From an uncultured Planctomycetota bacterium (GTDB lineage Bacteria > Planctomycetota > Planctomycetia > Isosphaerales > Isosphaeraceae), in the NCBI GenBank assembly GCA_963737655.1, contig CAVTTN010000002.1, positions 2,240,001-2,304,000 of the forward strand: a stretch of DNA of 64,000 nt. The letters are read 5' to 3'. The notes under the pieces were generated by a model. That model was not told the DNA's origin. It did not search any database and was given only the letters and a program-made list of their open reading frames with translations. Positions 1-13,204 of this stretch are shown here, in pieces (position 1 is the stretch's first letter; each line of letters starts with the position of its first letter). Made by a program: the position numbers and the translations under genes.

Positions 1-3000
1 AACGCGACGAAGAAGTCGATGGGCAAGGATCGCGAAAGCTCATCGAGCAGGATCGCGCCGACCGCCTTGGGCCGGGCGATTTCGAGGAGATCCTCGGCCG
101 AAAGGGCGACGGTCGGCCCCGGCCGGACGAGGCCCGCCGCATGAACGATCCCCCGAATCGGCGGAAGGGTCCTTGCGAGTTCGGAGAAGAGGCGACCCAT
201 CGCGTCGCGGTCGGCGCAGTCGGCCGGGGCGATCATGACCGTCACGCCGATGGCTTCCAGCTCGCGGACCCTGGCGACGGCCGGATGATCGGCCATCGCA
301 TCCCAGAGCGACCGATCGGGCAGCCCGCGACGGCCGACCAGCACCAACCGCTTGGCCCCGCGATCGGCCAGCCTCCGGGCGACCTTCAATCCCAGGGCAC
401 CGAGACCGCCGGTGATCAGATACGTCCCGTCGGGCCGGAGCGCGGGGACCGCATCGCCGGTCGAGGTCCGCATGAGCCGGGCCACCGACCTCCGGCCGTC
501 TCGGAAGGCAATCTGGTCTTCCCCGTCGGGATGAGTGATCTCTTCAAGGATCGCGGCGGAATCCAGCGAATCCGGGTCCGCGTCGATCAAACCGCCCCAC
601 ACTTGAGGGAATTCCAACGCGATCGATCGACCCAGGCCCCAGAGGGGCACGCCGGCGATCGTCGGCGATTCCGATCCGATCGGCTGTGCGCCGTGAGTCA
701 CGATCCAGAGCCTTGGGGGAGAGGGGCGATCGGTCGACGCCAGGCGCCGGATCAGGTCGAGCAGGCGGTTGCCCTGGCGATGATAAGACGCCTCGAAATC
801 CTCAACCTCCCCGGCAGGGTCGGCCAGGAGGATCACGGCCCGGCAGCCTGCGAGGTCCATCTCCGAGGGCCGATCCTCGCCGATGAATGCCTCGCACGAG
901 GCCCCTCGGGCGCGAAGCCCTCGGGCCAGCGATTCGAGGGCCTCTCCACTCACTCCGGCCGAGATCACCCATCGGCCTTCGAGGAGGGAGGTTCCGTTGC
1001 GGCTGGCCCGTTCTTTGGAGGTCCAGGTGAGTTCATAGACGAGGGAAGAAACGTCCGGCGCGGGGGCGACGGCTTCTGGGACGAGCTTCCGGGTCGGCGG
1101 CGTCTCGATCCAGAACCGCTCATGCTTCCACGGGTAGCGCGGCAGCCGGACGAATCGGTCCGACGGGTTCACCCTCGCCCATTCGGGCCGGAATCCCTTC
1201 CGGTAGAGGGCGCCGAGCGAGTCGAGGAGGGCGGCGCGGCCGTCCTTTCCGCGACGGATCGAGCCGAGGGCCTCGCCTTCTCGTCCGAGCTTCCGCAACG
1301 TCTGCTCGATCGATCCGACCAGGACCGGCCTCGGGCCGATTTCGAGGAAGACGCGGTGATCGGATCCCGCCAGCGCTTCCACCGCGTCCGAGAACCGCAC
1401 CGGTTCGCGGAGGTTTCGGGCCCAGTACGTCGCGTCGAGAGTCCGGCCGTCGATCTCGCGGCCGGTGACGGTCGAGATCATCGGGATGGACGTCTCGCGG
1501 GCGGAGATCGCGCCCAGGGCCTCGGCCAGCACCTTGGCGACCGGGTCCATCCGCGGGCTGTGGAAGGCGAAATCGACGTCGAGCATCCGGGCGAATACCT
1601 GGCGCTCGCCCAGGGCTGCGACCACCTCGCCCACGGCCGACGAATCGCCCGAGAGCGTGAACGACCGAGGGCCATTCCTCGCCGCGACGAACAGGCGATC
1701 CTCGCGACCCCGCAGGACCTCGTCGACCCCGGCCTCGTCCAGATCGACGGCCGCCGTCCGCCCCCGCCCGGCGACCCTGGCCAGCAGAGCCCCGCGAAGA
1801 CGGACGATCCGGCAGGCGTCTTCCAGCCCGATCGCTCCCGAGACGTGCGCCGCCGAGACCTCTCCCAGGCTATGCCCCGTGACCGAATCGGGCACGATCC
1901 CCCACGATTTCCACAGGGAGGCCAGGCCGACCTGGATCGCGAAATGGACCGGCTGGGCGATCGACGAATCGGACAGGTCGGCGTCTTCGTCGGCGATGGC
2001 GTCGAGGACCGACGGGCCGTCGTCGGCCCGGAAGACCGCGTCGCATCGTTCGATCGTGGCGCGGAACACGGGCTCAACCAGGAGGTCGCGGCCGGCCCCG
2101 GCCCACAGGGCGCCCTGGCCCGAGAAGACGATGGCCAATCGAGGCGGGCCCGACGGCCTCGCCTTCTCCACCTTCGGGCCCGTCCCATCCAGGAACGCGG
2201 AGAGTGCCGCGATCGCCTTCGTCCGGTCGTCGACGACGATCGCCAATCGGTGATCGTGATGCCCTCGTCTCGCGCCGGCCGTGGCGGCGATCGCGGCGAG
2301 CGATCCATTCTCGGTCGCCGAAGTCAATAAATCCCGATAGGAACGGGCCAGAGAGAGTAAGGAGTCCGGGTCTCGGGCCGAGATCGGCAGGAGGACGGCC
2401 CGTCCGTCGGCCGGCGTGTCGGTCGCCGTGCGATCGGGTGAGGATTGGACGATCATGTGGGCATTCGTCCCGCCGAATCCGAACGCACTGACCCCGGCGG
2501 TCCGGGGGCGTCCGGGATCGGGCCAGGATTCGGCCTCACGAGCCACTCGGATCGGCAAGCGGTCGAATGGGATGAGGGGGTTCGGGGTCTCCAGGTGGAG
2601 GCTCGGCGGGATCATCCCGCGATTCACGGACAAAGCGGTTTTGATGAGTCCGGCCACTCCGGCGGCGGCTTCGAGGTGGCCGAAATTCGTCTTCACCGAG
2701 CCGATGGGGCAGGGGGAGTTCCGGCCCAGCCCCAGGGCGTTTCCCAGGGCGAGGGCCTCGATCGGGTCGCCCAGGAGGGTGCCGGTCCCGTGGGCCTCGA
2801 CGTAGCCGATCGCGTCGGGTTCGAGGCCGGATCGCCTCAGGGCCTCGCCGATCGCGGCTTCCTGAGCCTTGCCGTTGGGGGCGGTCAGGCCGTTGGATCG
2901 GCCGTCCTGGTTCACGGCCGAGCCGAGGATCGTGGCGACGATCGGGTCGCCGTCCCGGAGGGCGTCGGAGTGCCGTTTCAGGACGACGATCCCCGCCCCT

Positions 3001-5644
3001 TCGCCCCGGGAGTAGCCGTCGGCCGAGGCGTCGAATGCCTTGCACCGGCCGTCGGGCGAGAGGAAGCCGGCTCGCGAGAACTGCGCGGTGAGTTCGGCCG
3101 AGAGTATGAGGTTCGCCCCTCCGGCTAGGCACATCGAGCTCTCGCCCCGCCTGAGGCTCTCGCAGGCGAGGTGGACGGCCACCAAGGACGACGAGCAGGC
3201 CGAATCGACGGCCAGGCTCGGCCCTCGGAAGTCGAACGCGAAGGAGATCCGGTTCGACGCGATGCTCGCCGCATTGCCTGTCAGCGCGTGGGCGTCGGCC
3301 GTTCCGGGCGCATCGCGGATCAAGGCGCCGTAATCGTTCGTCGAGAGGCCGACGAAGACACCCACGGCCGAACCGGCGAGCCTCTCGGGAGCCTGTCCGG
3401 CGTCTTCGAGCGCCTCCCAGGCCACTTCGAGGAGGATTCGTTGCTGGGGGTCCATCCGCTCGGCCTCGCGAGGGGCGATGCCGAAGAACGCGGCGTCGAA
3501 CTCGTCCACGCGGTCGAGAAAACCGCCCCGGCGAGGGGTCGCAGGGTCCGAATCGCGGGAATTCCGCTCGCTGGAGGTGTCTCGACCCTCGATCAGGAGA
3601 TCCCAGAACGCCTCCGGGCCGCTCGCGCCGGGGAACCGGCAGCCGATTCCCAGAATGGCAATGGGCTCGGTGGTTGGGGCCGGGATTTCCCGCAACGGCT
3701 CCGCGTCCTCTCCAGAGAGGAACCGCGAGAGGGCCTCGATGGTGGGATATTCATAGATGAGCGTCGGCGAGAGCGATCGGCCAAGCCGCGTTTCCAGCTC
3801 CCCGGCCAGCTCGACCGCCCGTAGCGACCCAAGGCCGAACCGAGAGAACGGCGCCCGGACGTCGATGTCGGCCGGATCGATCCCCAGGGGCCCCGCGAGC
3901 TTCCCTGCCAGCCAGCCCGCGATCTCGCCGGCCGTCGTCCGCGGGATCTGATGCCCATGGGAACCGTTCTTCGACGCTTCAAGAACCGATCCCTCCGGGC
4001 GGGTCCAGCGGGCCGCTTCGTCCAATGTCCCGGCCACGAACGCGGCTCGGCAGGCGAGCCGGCGGACCTTGCCGCTCGATGTCCTCGGCAAGCTCATCGG
4101 CCGGATCAGGACGACGGCCGAGAGATCGATGTCATGCTCCTCGGCCACGGACTGGCGGAGCGCTCGCAGAACCCCCGGAGCATCCTCGCCGCGCCGGGAC
4201 CGCTCGACCTCGGCGACGATCACGACCTGCTCGCCAGCCTCGTCGAGCGCGAACGCCGCCGCCCCGTCCGGATTCAGGGCGGGACTGCTGTCGGAGGCCG
4301 TTCGTTCGAGGTCTTGGGGATAAACGTTCCGGCCCCGGACGATGATGAGGTCCTTCCGCCGGCCGGTCACGAACAGCTCCCCCTCGCGGAGGAACCCGAG
4401 GTCTCCGGTTCGGAGGTAGGTTTCCTCGCCTCCGCCGACGATCCTCGCCTCGAATCCCTCGGCTTGACCCCAGTAGCCCTTCGCCACGCTCGGGCCCGAG
4501 ACCCAGATTTCGCCTTCGTCGGCCTCCGATCGCGGCCGGAGCGTCTCGGGATCCACGATCTGGAGCGAAAACCCCGGGGCGGCCGGCCCGCTTGAGGCGA
4601 TCGGCCGTCCGGCCCGTTCGATGACCGTTGGCGCTCCGCCGGAGACCATCAACGTGGCCTCGGCCAGTCCGTAGCAGGCCAGGAACGCGTCGCGACGGAA
4701 CCCGCGGGGCGCGAACGCGGCGGCGAATCGATCGAGCGTGTCGGCCCGGATCGGCTCGGCGCCGTTGAAGGCGACTTCCCAGGAGGAAAGGTCGAGCTCG
4801 GCCCTCTGCGCCTCGGGGATCTTTCGGCGCAGAGGTCATAGGCGAAGTTCGGGCCCCCGCTGATGGTGGCGCGATCGCGGGAGATCGCCTGGAGCCATCT
4901 CAACGGCCGTTGAAGGAACGCCGCCGGGGCGATCAGGGTGCTCGTTCCCCCACAATAGATCGTCTGCAACACGCCGCCGATCAGGCCCATGTCGTGATGG
5001 AGAGGCAGCCAGAAGACCCCCCGGCTCTCGCGATGGGAGCGGAACCGCCCCTGGATCGTCTTCGAGTTGTGGACGAGGTTCCCGTGAGAGACCATCACGC
5101 CCCTGGGTTCGCTGGTCGAGCCCGAGGTGAACTGAAGGAAGGCCAGGTCGTCGGGCGAGAGGGCCGGGGCGATCCACGAATCGGCCTTCGCGAGATCGAG
5201 GGCGTCGGTGGCGATTCGGGGGATCTCGGCGATCTCGGGTATCGGCTCGGCGAGGAGGGCGGAGGTCGTGAGCACGACCCGCGGAGCCACGGCCTCGATG
5301 ATCGCCCGGAGCCGGGGGGATGGCCGATTCGGCCTCGGAGGCACCGCCGGGACGACCACGACGCCCGCATACAAGCCGCCGAAGAACGCCGATACGAACT
5401 CCAGACCCGGCGGGAAGACGAGCAACGCACGCTCGCCGGCCATCCCTCGATCGCGAAGGACGGCCGCCAGGGCCCGGGCCCGTCGGTCGAGTCCGCCGAA
5501 GGTCAGGGCCTCGGGCCGGTCGCCGTCGGTCTCGGCCCGGAAGGCCAGGACGGGGCGGTCCGGGTCGCGATCGGCCCATCTTCGCAGGATCGCGACGAAC
5601 TCTCTCGGCCCGTCGCTCGGGTCGTCGGTGGGGTCCGTGCTCAT
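1..5644 (-). CDS. Type I PKS loading/extension protein, FAAL-ACP-KS-AT-KR; runs off the left edge; 1-nt frameshift near 4823
   Basis: Manual minus-strand translation. [50 protein letters not shown] (~4070). [14 protein letters not shown] (~3830). KS: DSACSSS (~3200), EAHGTGT (~2790), KTNFGHLE (~2690). AT: FSGQG (~2120), GHSLGE (~1870), VDFAFHS (~1565), LPRYPW (~1140). [13 protein letters not shown] (~415), IVHAAG (~140). One added base at GCCGAAAGATC restores [18 protein letters not shown]. Confidence 0.93.
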
Positions 5645-5645
5645 C

Positions 5646-5861
5646 TCAGGCCGAGTCGCCCCCGCGGTCCCGGAGCGAGAGCGGCCTCATGTCGGTCCAC
5701 GTCTCCTCCACAAACGCCAGGCACTCTTCGCGGGTCCCGCTCCGACCCGCCCCAGTCCAGCCGGGCGGTTCATCCGCCTCGGAGGGCCAGAGCGCGTATT
5801 GCCCCTCGCCGTTGACGACGACTTTCAGGACCCGGGCGCCCTCGACAGTTTCTCGGCTCAT
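5646..5861 (-). CDS. mbtH: MbtH-like NRPS adenylation-domain chaperone
   Basis: VVVNGEGQYALWP...PPGW...CLAFVEETWTDMRPLSL matches the MbtH signature with three Trp; lies 1 nt upstream of the PKS start. Confidence 0.95.
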   Translation of the reverse strand: MSRETVEGARVLKVVVNGEGQYALWPSEADEPPGWTGAGRSGTREECLAFVEETWTDMRPLSLRDRGGDSA

Positions 5862-6247
5862 TGACCGTCACCTTCACAATCGGGGAGGCATCCTCGGGCG
5901 GAGGAGCAGGCTGGCGGAAGATCCCGGCGCGGAGCCAGCGACCGGCAAGCAAGTTCCGGTCCGACTCCTTGAGACCGTTCGGAACCAAGCGACGGCCTCG
6001 CACCGCCGTGCCCTCGCCCGAAAGGTCTGTATCTACTCTATAGTTGGGCAGGCAAGTGCAGGGCAGGCAGGAGAAACCTGGCCACTCCGTCTGGATCTCC
6101 TCGCGGCGAGACGCCGACAAGTCGTCCGTGAGCCGGTCCGGGCCCGATTCCTTCGAGGCGGAATGAGTTCGAGGGGTCGTTGCTCCGCGGGTGCGCCCGC
6201 AAACTCGCATGCAGGTCGCACATCTTCCCTGTCCGTTCTGTCCTGCC

Positions 6248-6310
6248 ACCCTACTGACGACGGGCCCAGCCTGTCAAGTTCTCCCCCAATTGACATTCCC
6301 CGCGATGTCA
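6248..6310. promoter_or_regulatory. Back-to-back TTGACA elements with a TGACAT-N8-ATGTCA inverted repeat, between the divergent mbtH-PKS and permease genes
   Basis: TTGACA on the minus strand at 6277-6272 and on the plus strand at 6290-6295; palindrome arms at 6291-6296 and 6305-6310; the candidate -10 boxes are weak. Confidence 0.35.
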
Positions 6311-6631
6311 CTCTAGGGGGCTTCCGTTAGCGGTGCCAGATCGCTCGGCGCGCCCGCGATGAGGGCTAGGTCCTAAAATTTTCGGACGTGGCCTTGGCAT
6401 CCACGAAGGAAATCGTTTAGGGTGGCACCATACGGCGTCCACCGATGTATTCTGGAATAGCTCTCCGAAGCAGAAAACCACGCAATTCGGCCTTGTCGAG
6501 CACGTCCGAAAACCGGGAATCGAGGACGAATCGTTCTCCGCGAAGCCAATCGCTTGATCGCAAGCGGTTTCGACGCATTCAAGGTCGTCTAACTAGACGC
6601 GAAGGGTCGCACCGGCCCGGGAGGCACGACC

Positions 6632-8513
6632 ATGGCGGGGCGTTCCTTGTTCGGCCCGGTGTTCGCTTTCGAGAGCCTGACCATCCCCAGGCGCTGGCAG
6701 CTCTTCGCGGGGCGGGCCCTGTTCATCTCCGCCCTGCTCGTGGTGATGTCGCTTCTGTGGTGGCCTTTGGACCGTCTTGACGAGCAGGTTGGCCTTCAAC
6801 AGTTGGCGGAGATCGGGCAGGAATTCTTCCGGTCGCTGCTGTACGTCCAGATGGCGGTGGTCCTCCTGACGGCCCCGGCGGCGACGGTCGGGGCGATCTG
6901 CGTGGACAAGGTCCGGGGGACGCTGTTCCACGTCTTCACGACCGACCTGACCGACCGCGAAATCGTCCTGGGGAAGCTCGGCCCTCGGCTCCTTTCGATC
7001 ATCTCGCTGATCGCGTGTTCGGCCCCGGTGCTGTCGATCGGCGGGCTGCTGGGAGGGATCCCGTATGAGGCGATCGTGGCCCTCTTCCTCGTCTCGCTGG
7101 GGGTCGCGGCCCTGGGATGCTCCCTGGGCCTGCTGTTCTCGGCCTGGGCCCGAAAGCCGAGCCGGGCCCTGATCGCGGCGTACCTCGTCCTCGGCCTGTG
7201 GACGCTCGTGGCGCCGGCTTACATCGATTTCGACCGATCGTCCCCCGGTTCCGTGTCGCCCGAGGTTCTCCGGTTCCTGAGGCTGACAAACCCCTTCCTC
7301 GCCCCTCGGGCCTTGCTCGATCAGCCCGGACGCGTGAGCTTGCTTGCCCCCCTGGCCCTGATGCTAGGCCTATCGGGGCTGTCCGCCGCCATCGTGGGAT
7401 GGGTCGTCTGTTCGCTTCGCAAGGTGGTGATCCGTCAAGCCGATCGCCGGGCCAGGCCGAAGAAGATCGGGGCCCCAGGCAAGCTCGTGATGCTCCTACC
7501 GGCCCCTCCGCTGGACAGCAATCCCATCCTCTGGCGGGAGTGGCACCGGAAGCGCCGAACACTGTGGGTCGGCCGGGCGTGGACCGTCTATGCCGTCTTG
7601 GCCCTGCTGGCCAGCGGCACGGCCATCTTCGCCTACTTCGACAATCCCTCCGGCATTGGCCCGGACACTCTGGCCGGGGCTATCAACGGCTTGAACGTGG
7701 CGATCGGCCTTCTCCTTCTGATGATCTCGGCCACGACCGCCCTGGCCGAGGAGCGCGATCGCGGCAGCCTCGACGTCGTCCTGACCACGCCCTTGCCTTC
7801 GAGGACGATCCTCTGGGGCAAGTGGTGGGGCACATTCGCCATGGTCCCCCGGATGGCAATCCTGCCGATCTGGGTCGGTGCCGCGCTGGCGATGGTCACC
7901 GGCGATCTCGGCGCCTTCCTCCTGATGGTCGGAATGATCCTCGCCTGTTCGGCCTCCGTCGTGAGCCTGGGCCTCCTTCTCGCGACCTGGGTCCCGAGGC
8001 TCTCTCGGGCGATCCTCCTCGGGGTCCTCCTCTATGTCCTGGGGTCGATCGGGCTGATCTTCATCCATGGCCTCTATTCGAGCCAGGCGACCCGCTCGTC
8101 GAATTTCACCTCCCAGGCCGTCTGGCAGATTTCCGGCCCGTCGAGCGTGGTCCGCGTCCAGGCGGGCAGAGGCCGATTCTCGGGCGGCACCGTCGTGTGG
8201 AGCCCGGCCGGGCGGCGGCAGGACGGCCCCCCGGACGTCGACTGGCTCCTGCTCGCCGGCCCGTACCATGGGATTGCCGAGACGACCCGATGGGCGGGGC
8301 GGCGTCCGAGGGCGATGGAACAGCTTCGACTGGCCGGGCCCGGAGCCGAGGACCTACCGGGTCGGCGAGGGCGTGGCGCCGGAAGCCGCCGTCTTCTGGA
8401 TCGTGGCCCACCTCGCTGCCTCGATCCTCTTCCTGTTCGCGACCCTGACGACGTTCGACCGCTGCCTCGGCCGGGTCCGCTCCCGAAGGCCGAGCCGCCC
8501 CCGGACGACATGA
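6632..8513 (+). CDS. ABC-2-type permease with two membrane domains; frameshift near 8310
   Basis: Two repeats of the ABC-2 motif (AICVDKVRGTLFHVFTTDLTDREIVLGK and ALAEERDRGSLDVVLTTPLPSRTILWGK). The last TM helix and the TFDRCLGRV end lie in the 8067..8513 frame. Confidence 0.8.
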
Positions 8514-8571
8514 GACGACCCGGGCGAACGTCCCGAATCCGCCGCTCTCGTCCCGAATTAAGACGGCTCGG

Positions 8572-10071
8572 TCAGTCCCCGGTGGTCCCGGCCGTGGCTA
8601 CTTCCATGATCGCCTCCTCGGTCCACTCCGAGACGGGCCTAGCCGGGCTGAGGACTCCCCGACTCATCACCGCGATCCGGTCGCAGACGCCCAGGAGCTC
8701 CGGCAGGTACGAGCTGACCATCAGGACCGCCTTCCCTCGGCCCGCCAACTCGCCGATCATCCGATAGACCTCCGCCTTCGAGCCCACGTCGATCCCGCGG
8801 GTCGGCTCGTCCAGAAGGAGGACATCGGCCTCCTGATGAAGCAACCGGGCAATCGCCACCTTCTGCTGGTTCCCTCCCGAGAGTTCCCCAACGGCCTGGG
8901 AGACGCCTCTGGCCTGGACTCGCAACGCCGCCATCCATCTTGAGGCCTCCCTGCGCCTTGTTCGAAGGTCCAGCCAGCCCCAAGACGAATACGGGGCGAG
9001 TCGCGAATAGGTGAGGTTGTCCTCGATCGACCTGGCCAGCGCCAGCCCTTCTCCCTTACGGTCCTCGCTGAGCAGCCCCAAACCCTGGCCGATCCGCCCT
9101 CGGGGTGTCCCGCTCCCCGACGTCATCCCTCGGACCATGACTTGTCCCGCCCGAACCGGGTCGAGACCGAAAACCGCCCGCAACATCTCCGTCCGGCCCG
9201 CGCCGACCAGCCCGGCGATCCCGAGCACTTCCCCCCGTCTCAGGGTCAGGTCGGCCCGACGAGGCAAAGGGGAGCCGGCCAGCCCGCCGAGCTCCAGGAT
9301 CGGCTCGCCCGGCGTTCTCGGCGATTTCGGAAACAACTCCGTGAGCTCGCGACCCACCATCGCCGTGATGATGGAAGCCAGAGACGTCCTCGCCATCGGC
9401 CCGCTCGCCACCGATCGGCCATCGCGGAGGACCGTGAACCTCTGCGATAAACGCCCAACCTCTTCCAAGAAGTGGCTGATGTAAACGATCGCCAGGCCCC
9501 GAGAACGAAGACGATCGATGACCTCGAACAGCCGAAGCGCATCCTTTTCGGTCAACGAGCTGGTGGGTTCGTCAAAGACGATCACCCGAGCGTCGGAAAC
9601 CAGCGACCTCGCCACCTCGACGAGTTGCTGCGCCCCCACGCTGAGCTCTCCGGCCTTCATGTCCGGCCGGATGTCGGGATGTTCGAGGAGGTCGAGCGCC
9701 TCGGTCACCCTCCGCCGATGCTCCCTCCGGTCGATGACGCCGAACCGCGATCGCTCGCGGCCGAGCATCACGTTGGCCTCGACCGTCAGATGAGGGGCGA
9801 CGGTCAATTCCTGGTAAATCATGGCCACGCCGAGCCGCCGGGCCTCTCTCGGGCCGCTCGGGGCATACGCGGCGCCCTCCAGGGTCATCGTTCCCGAATC
9901 CGGCCGATGGGCCCCGCTGAGCACCTTCATCAACGTGCTCTTGCCTGCCCCGTTCTCGCCGATCAGCGCATGGACTTCCCCCGCGAAAAGGTCCAGATCG
10001 ACCCCATCCAGGGCCCGGCCCACGCCGAAGCTCTTGCGGACCCCTTTCATCACCAGCCGAGGCCCATTCAT
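8572..10071 (-). CDS. Sugar (CUT2) ABC transporter ATP-binding protein, RbsA/MglA-like
   Basis: GENGAGKST, VFDEPT, YISH, LSGGNQQK, LLDEPTRGIDVG; two tandem ABC domains in 499 aa. Confidence 0.95.
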   Translation of the reverse strand: MNGPRLVMKGVRKSFGVGRALDGVDLDLFAGEVHALIGENGAGKSTLMKVLSGAHRPDSGTMTLEGAAYAPSGPREARRLGVAMIYQELTVAPHLTVEANVMLGRERSRFGVIDRREHRRRVTEALDLLEHPDIRPDMKAGELSVGAQQLVEVARSLVSDARVIVFDEPTSSLTEKDALRLFEVIDRLRSRGLAIVYISHFLEEVGRLSQRFTVLRDGRSVASGPMARTSLASIITAMVGRELTELFPKSPRTPGEPILELGGLAGSPLPRRADLTLRRGEVLGIAGLVGAGRTEMLRAVFGLDPVRAGQVMVRGMTSGSGTPRGRIGQGLGLLSEDRKGEGLALARSIEDNLTYSRLAPYSSWGWLDLRTRRREASRWMAALRVQARGVSQAVGELSGGNQQKVAIARLLHQEADVLLLDEPTRGIDVGSKAEVYRMIGELAGRGKAVLMVSSYLPELLGVCDRIAVMSRGVLSPARPVSEWTEEAIMEVATAGTTGD

Positions 10072-11102
10072 CGCTTCGCCAGGATCCCGGCCTCCCTGAG
10101 CGCCCGGAGCATCCCCGACGTCGCCGACTCGTTCGAGCAGAATACGCCGTCGATCTGCCCCCGATACCGGTTTACCAGGCTCTGAGCCGTCTTCTGGGCC
10201 GAATCGGAGGTCGCCCCCGCGTATTGATTGTTCGAGAGATAGGTGATCCCCGGATACTTCGCGATCGTGTCCTCGAACCCCTTCTCCCGCTGCTCGGTGC
10301 TCTCCGAGCCGACGGCATATCGCATCATGATGATCTTCCCTTGGCCGTCCAGGAGCTTCGCGAGCCTCTCGGCGGCCAGGCTGCCTCCGCGATAGTTATC
10401 GGTGGCCACGTAGCTGACGATCTTCGACGAGTTCAGCCCCGAATCGATGATGACCGCCGGGATGCCCGCCTCGATCGCCTTCTCCACCGGAGCCACAAGG
10501 GCCGTCGCGTCCAGAGGCGCCAGAACGATCCCATCCACCTGAGCTGCCACGGCGTTTTGCACGAGCTTGATCTGCTCCGTCCGGTCGTCCTCCTTCTGCG
10601 GACCCTGCCAGACGATCTCGACGTTACCCAGCCCCTCGGCCGCCTTCAGGGCCCCGGCGTGGATCGTCTTCCAGTGCTCGTGGGTCGTCCCCTTGGGGAT
10701 CACCATCACTCGCCACTTCTTCGCCTTGCTGCCGGAAAGCGACGAATCGGCCGAATGTGGGACCTTCGGCGGGTTCAGGAGCGGCGCGATCTCCGCCGAG
10801 GTCATGTTCTCGGACGTGACCAGCAGCTCTCCCGTCGAGATCTTCGACTCGACGGCCTTCTTTTCCAGGGCATGGACGAGCGTCGTGACCGCCACTTGCC
10901 CCATCTTGTAAGGGTTCTGCACCACGATCCCCTGGAGCTGACCCTGGCGAAGGGCCTCGATCAGTGGAGGACTCGCATCGAACCCAACGAACTTCACCGC
11001 CCGAGGGGCCGGCTCCGGAGCCGACGTCGAACCTCCACATCCGGCTAGCACGACGAGACACCAAACCCAGGGACGACGCACGTTCGCCCTCCAGTCCGGC
11101 AA
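10068..11102 (-). CDS. RbsB/LacI-type sugar-binding lipoprotein, circularly permuted
   Basis: Lipobox LVVLAGC; VIPKGTTHEHWKTIHAGA, DGIVLAPLD, SYVATDNYRGG, VKFVGFD and VVQNPYKMG motifs. Its stop overlaps the ATPase start (ATGA). TTG start is uncertain. Confidence 0.9.
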   Translation of the reverse strand: MPDWRANVRRPWVWCLVVLAGCGGSTSAPEPAPRAVKFVGFDASPPLIEALRQGQLQGIVVQNPYKMGQVAVTTLVHALEKKAVESKISTGELLVTSENMTSAEIAPLLNPPKVPHSADSSLSGSKAKKWRVMVIPKGTTHEHWKTIHAGALKAAEGLGNVEIVWQGPQKEDDRTEQIKLVQNAVAAQVDGIVLAPLDATALVAPVEKAIEAGIPAVIIDSGLNSSKIVSYVATDNYRGGSLAAERLAKLLDGQGKIIMMRYAVGSESTEQREKGFEDTIAKYPGITYLSNNQYAGATSDSAQKTAQSLVNRYRGQIDGVFCSNESATSGMLRALREAGILAKR

Positions 11103-11231
11103 AGTTGGGATCGTAAAGTCAGGGAAGGGGCCTCATCGTAGAGATGCGGACTCGGGCCCGTCAACGAGCTGCTCCGACACCCATCCCCCATGAACCCCTC
11201 ACCCAATCTCCACTTTTTCCGAGCCAGCCGC

Positions 11232-11259
11232 TTGACCTGGCCGATTCTCCGGGTATCAT
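11232..11259 (+). promoter_or_regulatory. sigma70-type rRNA operon promoter
   Basis: TTGACC-N16-TATCAT about 420 nt upstream of the 16S; a 16-bp spacer is typical of rrn promoters. Confidence 0.7.
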
Positions 11260-11415
11260 GACTCTCGCCGACGACGAAACGAACGCTTCGACGACGGCAA
11301 GCACGACGCGACGATCACCCGGGTTTCGAACCGGATCGGTTCTGGCGACGTACTTCACAGGCCGGGGTGACGAGCCTCTCACAAGGGCGAGTCAACCCGG
11401 CCACTGGCGTCCGGT

Positions 11416-11445
11416 CTCTTTGACAATTCGGCCGATCGCGAGATC
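11416..11445 (+). promoter_or_regulatory. rrn leader boxA-like element and 5' arm of the 16S processing stalk
   Basis: CTCTTTGACAATT is followed by CGGCCGATCGCGAGATC, which is complementary to GATCTTGCGATCGGCCGCATTG at 13331-13352. Confidence 0.75.
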
Positions 11446-11680
11446 GAATGACAAGCTCGAAGAGCTTGTGGACCCGTGAGGGAAGCCGGCGTGGGCCGCG
11501 CATCCGCCGGGGGCGTTTGGAATCACCTCTTCGGGGGCGATCCGGGCGTACCGGGGGGCGGTCAGCACGCCCCGGCCTCTCGAGAGAGAGTCCGGAGCGA
11601 CCATCAGCACATCCTCGACCCATCGAGGAGCGACGGGGCGACTCCTCCTTCGCGAGAGGGAGGGGGCTACCCCGGAGCAC

Positions 11681-13204
<1,524 letters not shown>

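Noticed and set aside
141..2330. 729-aa plus-strand ORF and its same-frame neighbours (2445, 3171, 3951)
   Set aside because: Antisense shadows of the PKS, caused by GC3 bias; no protein motifs.
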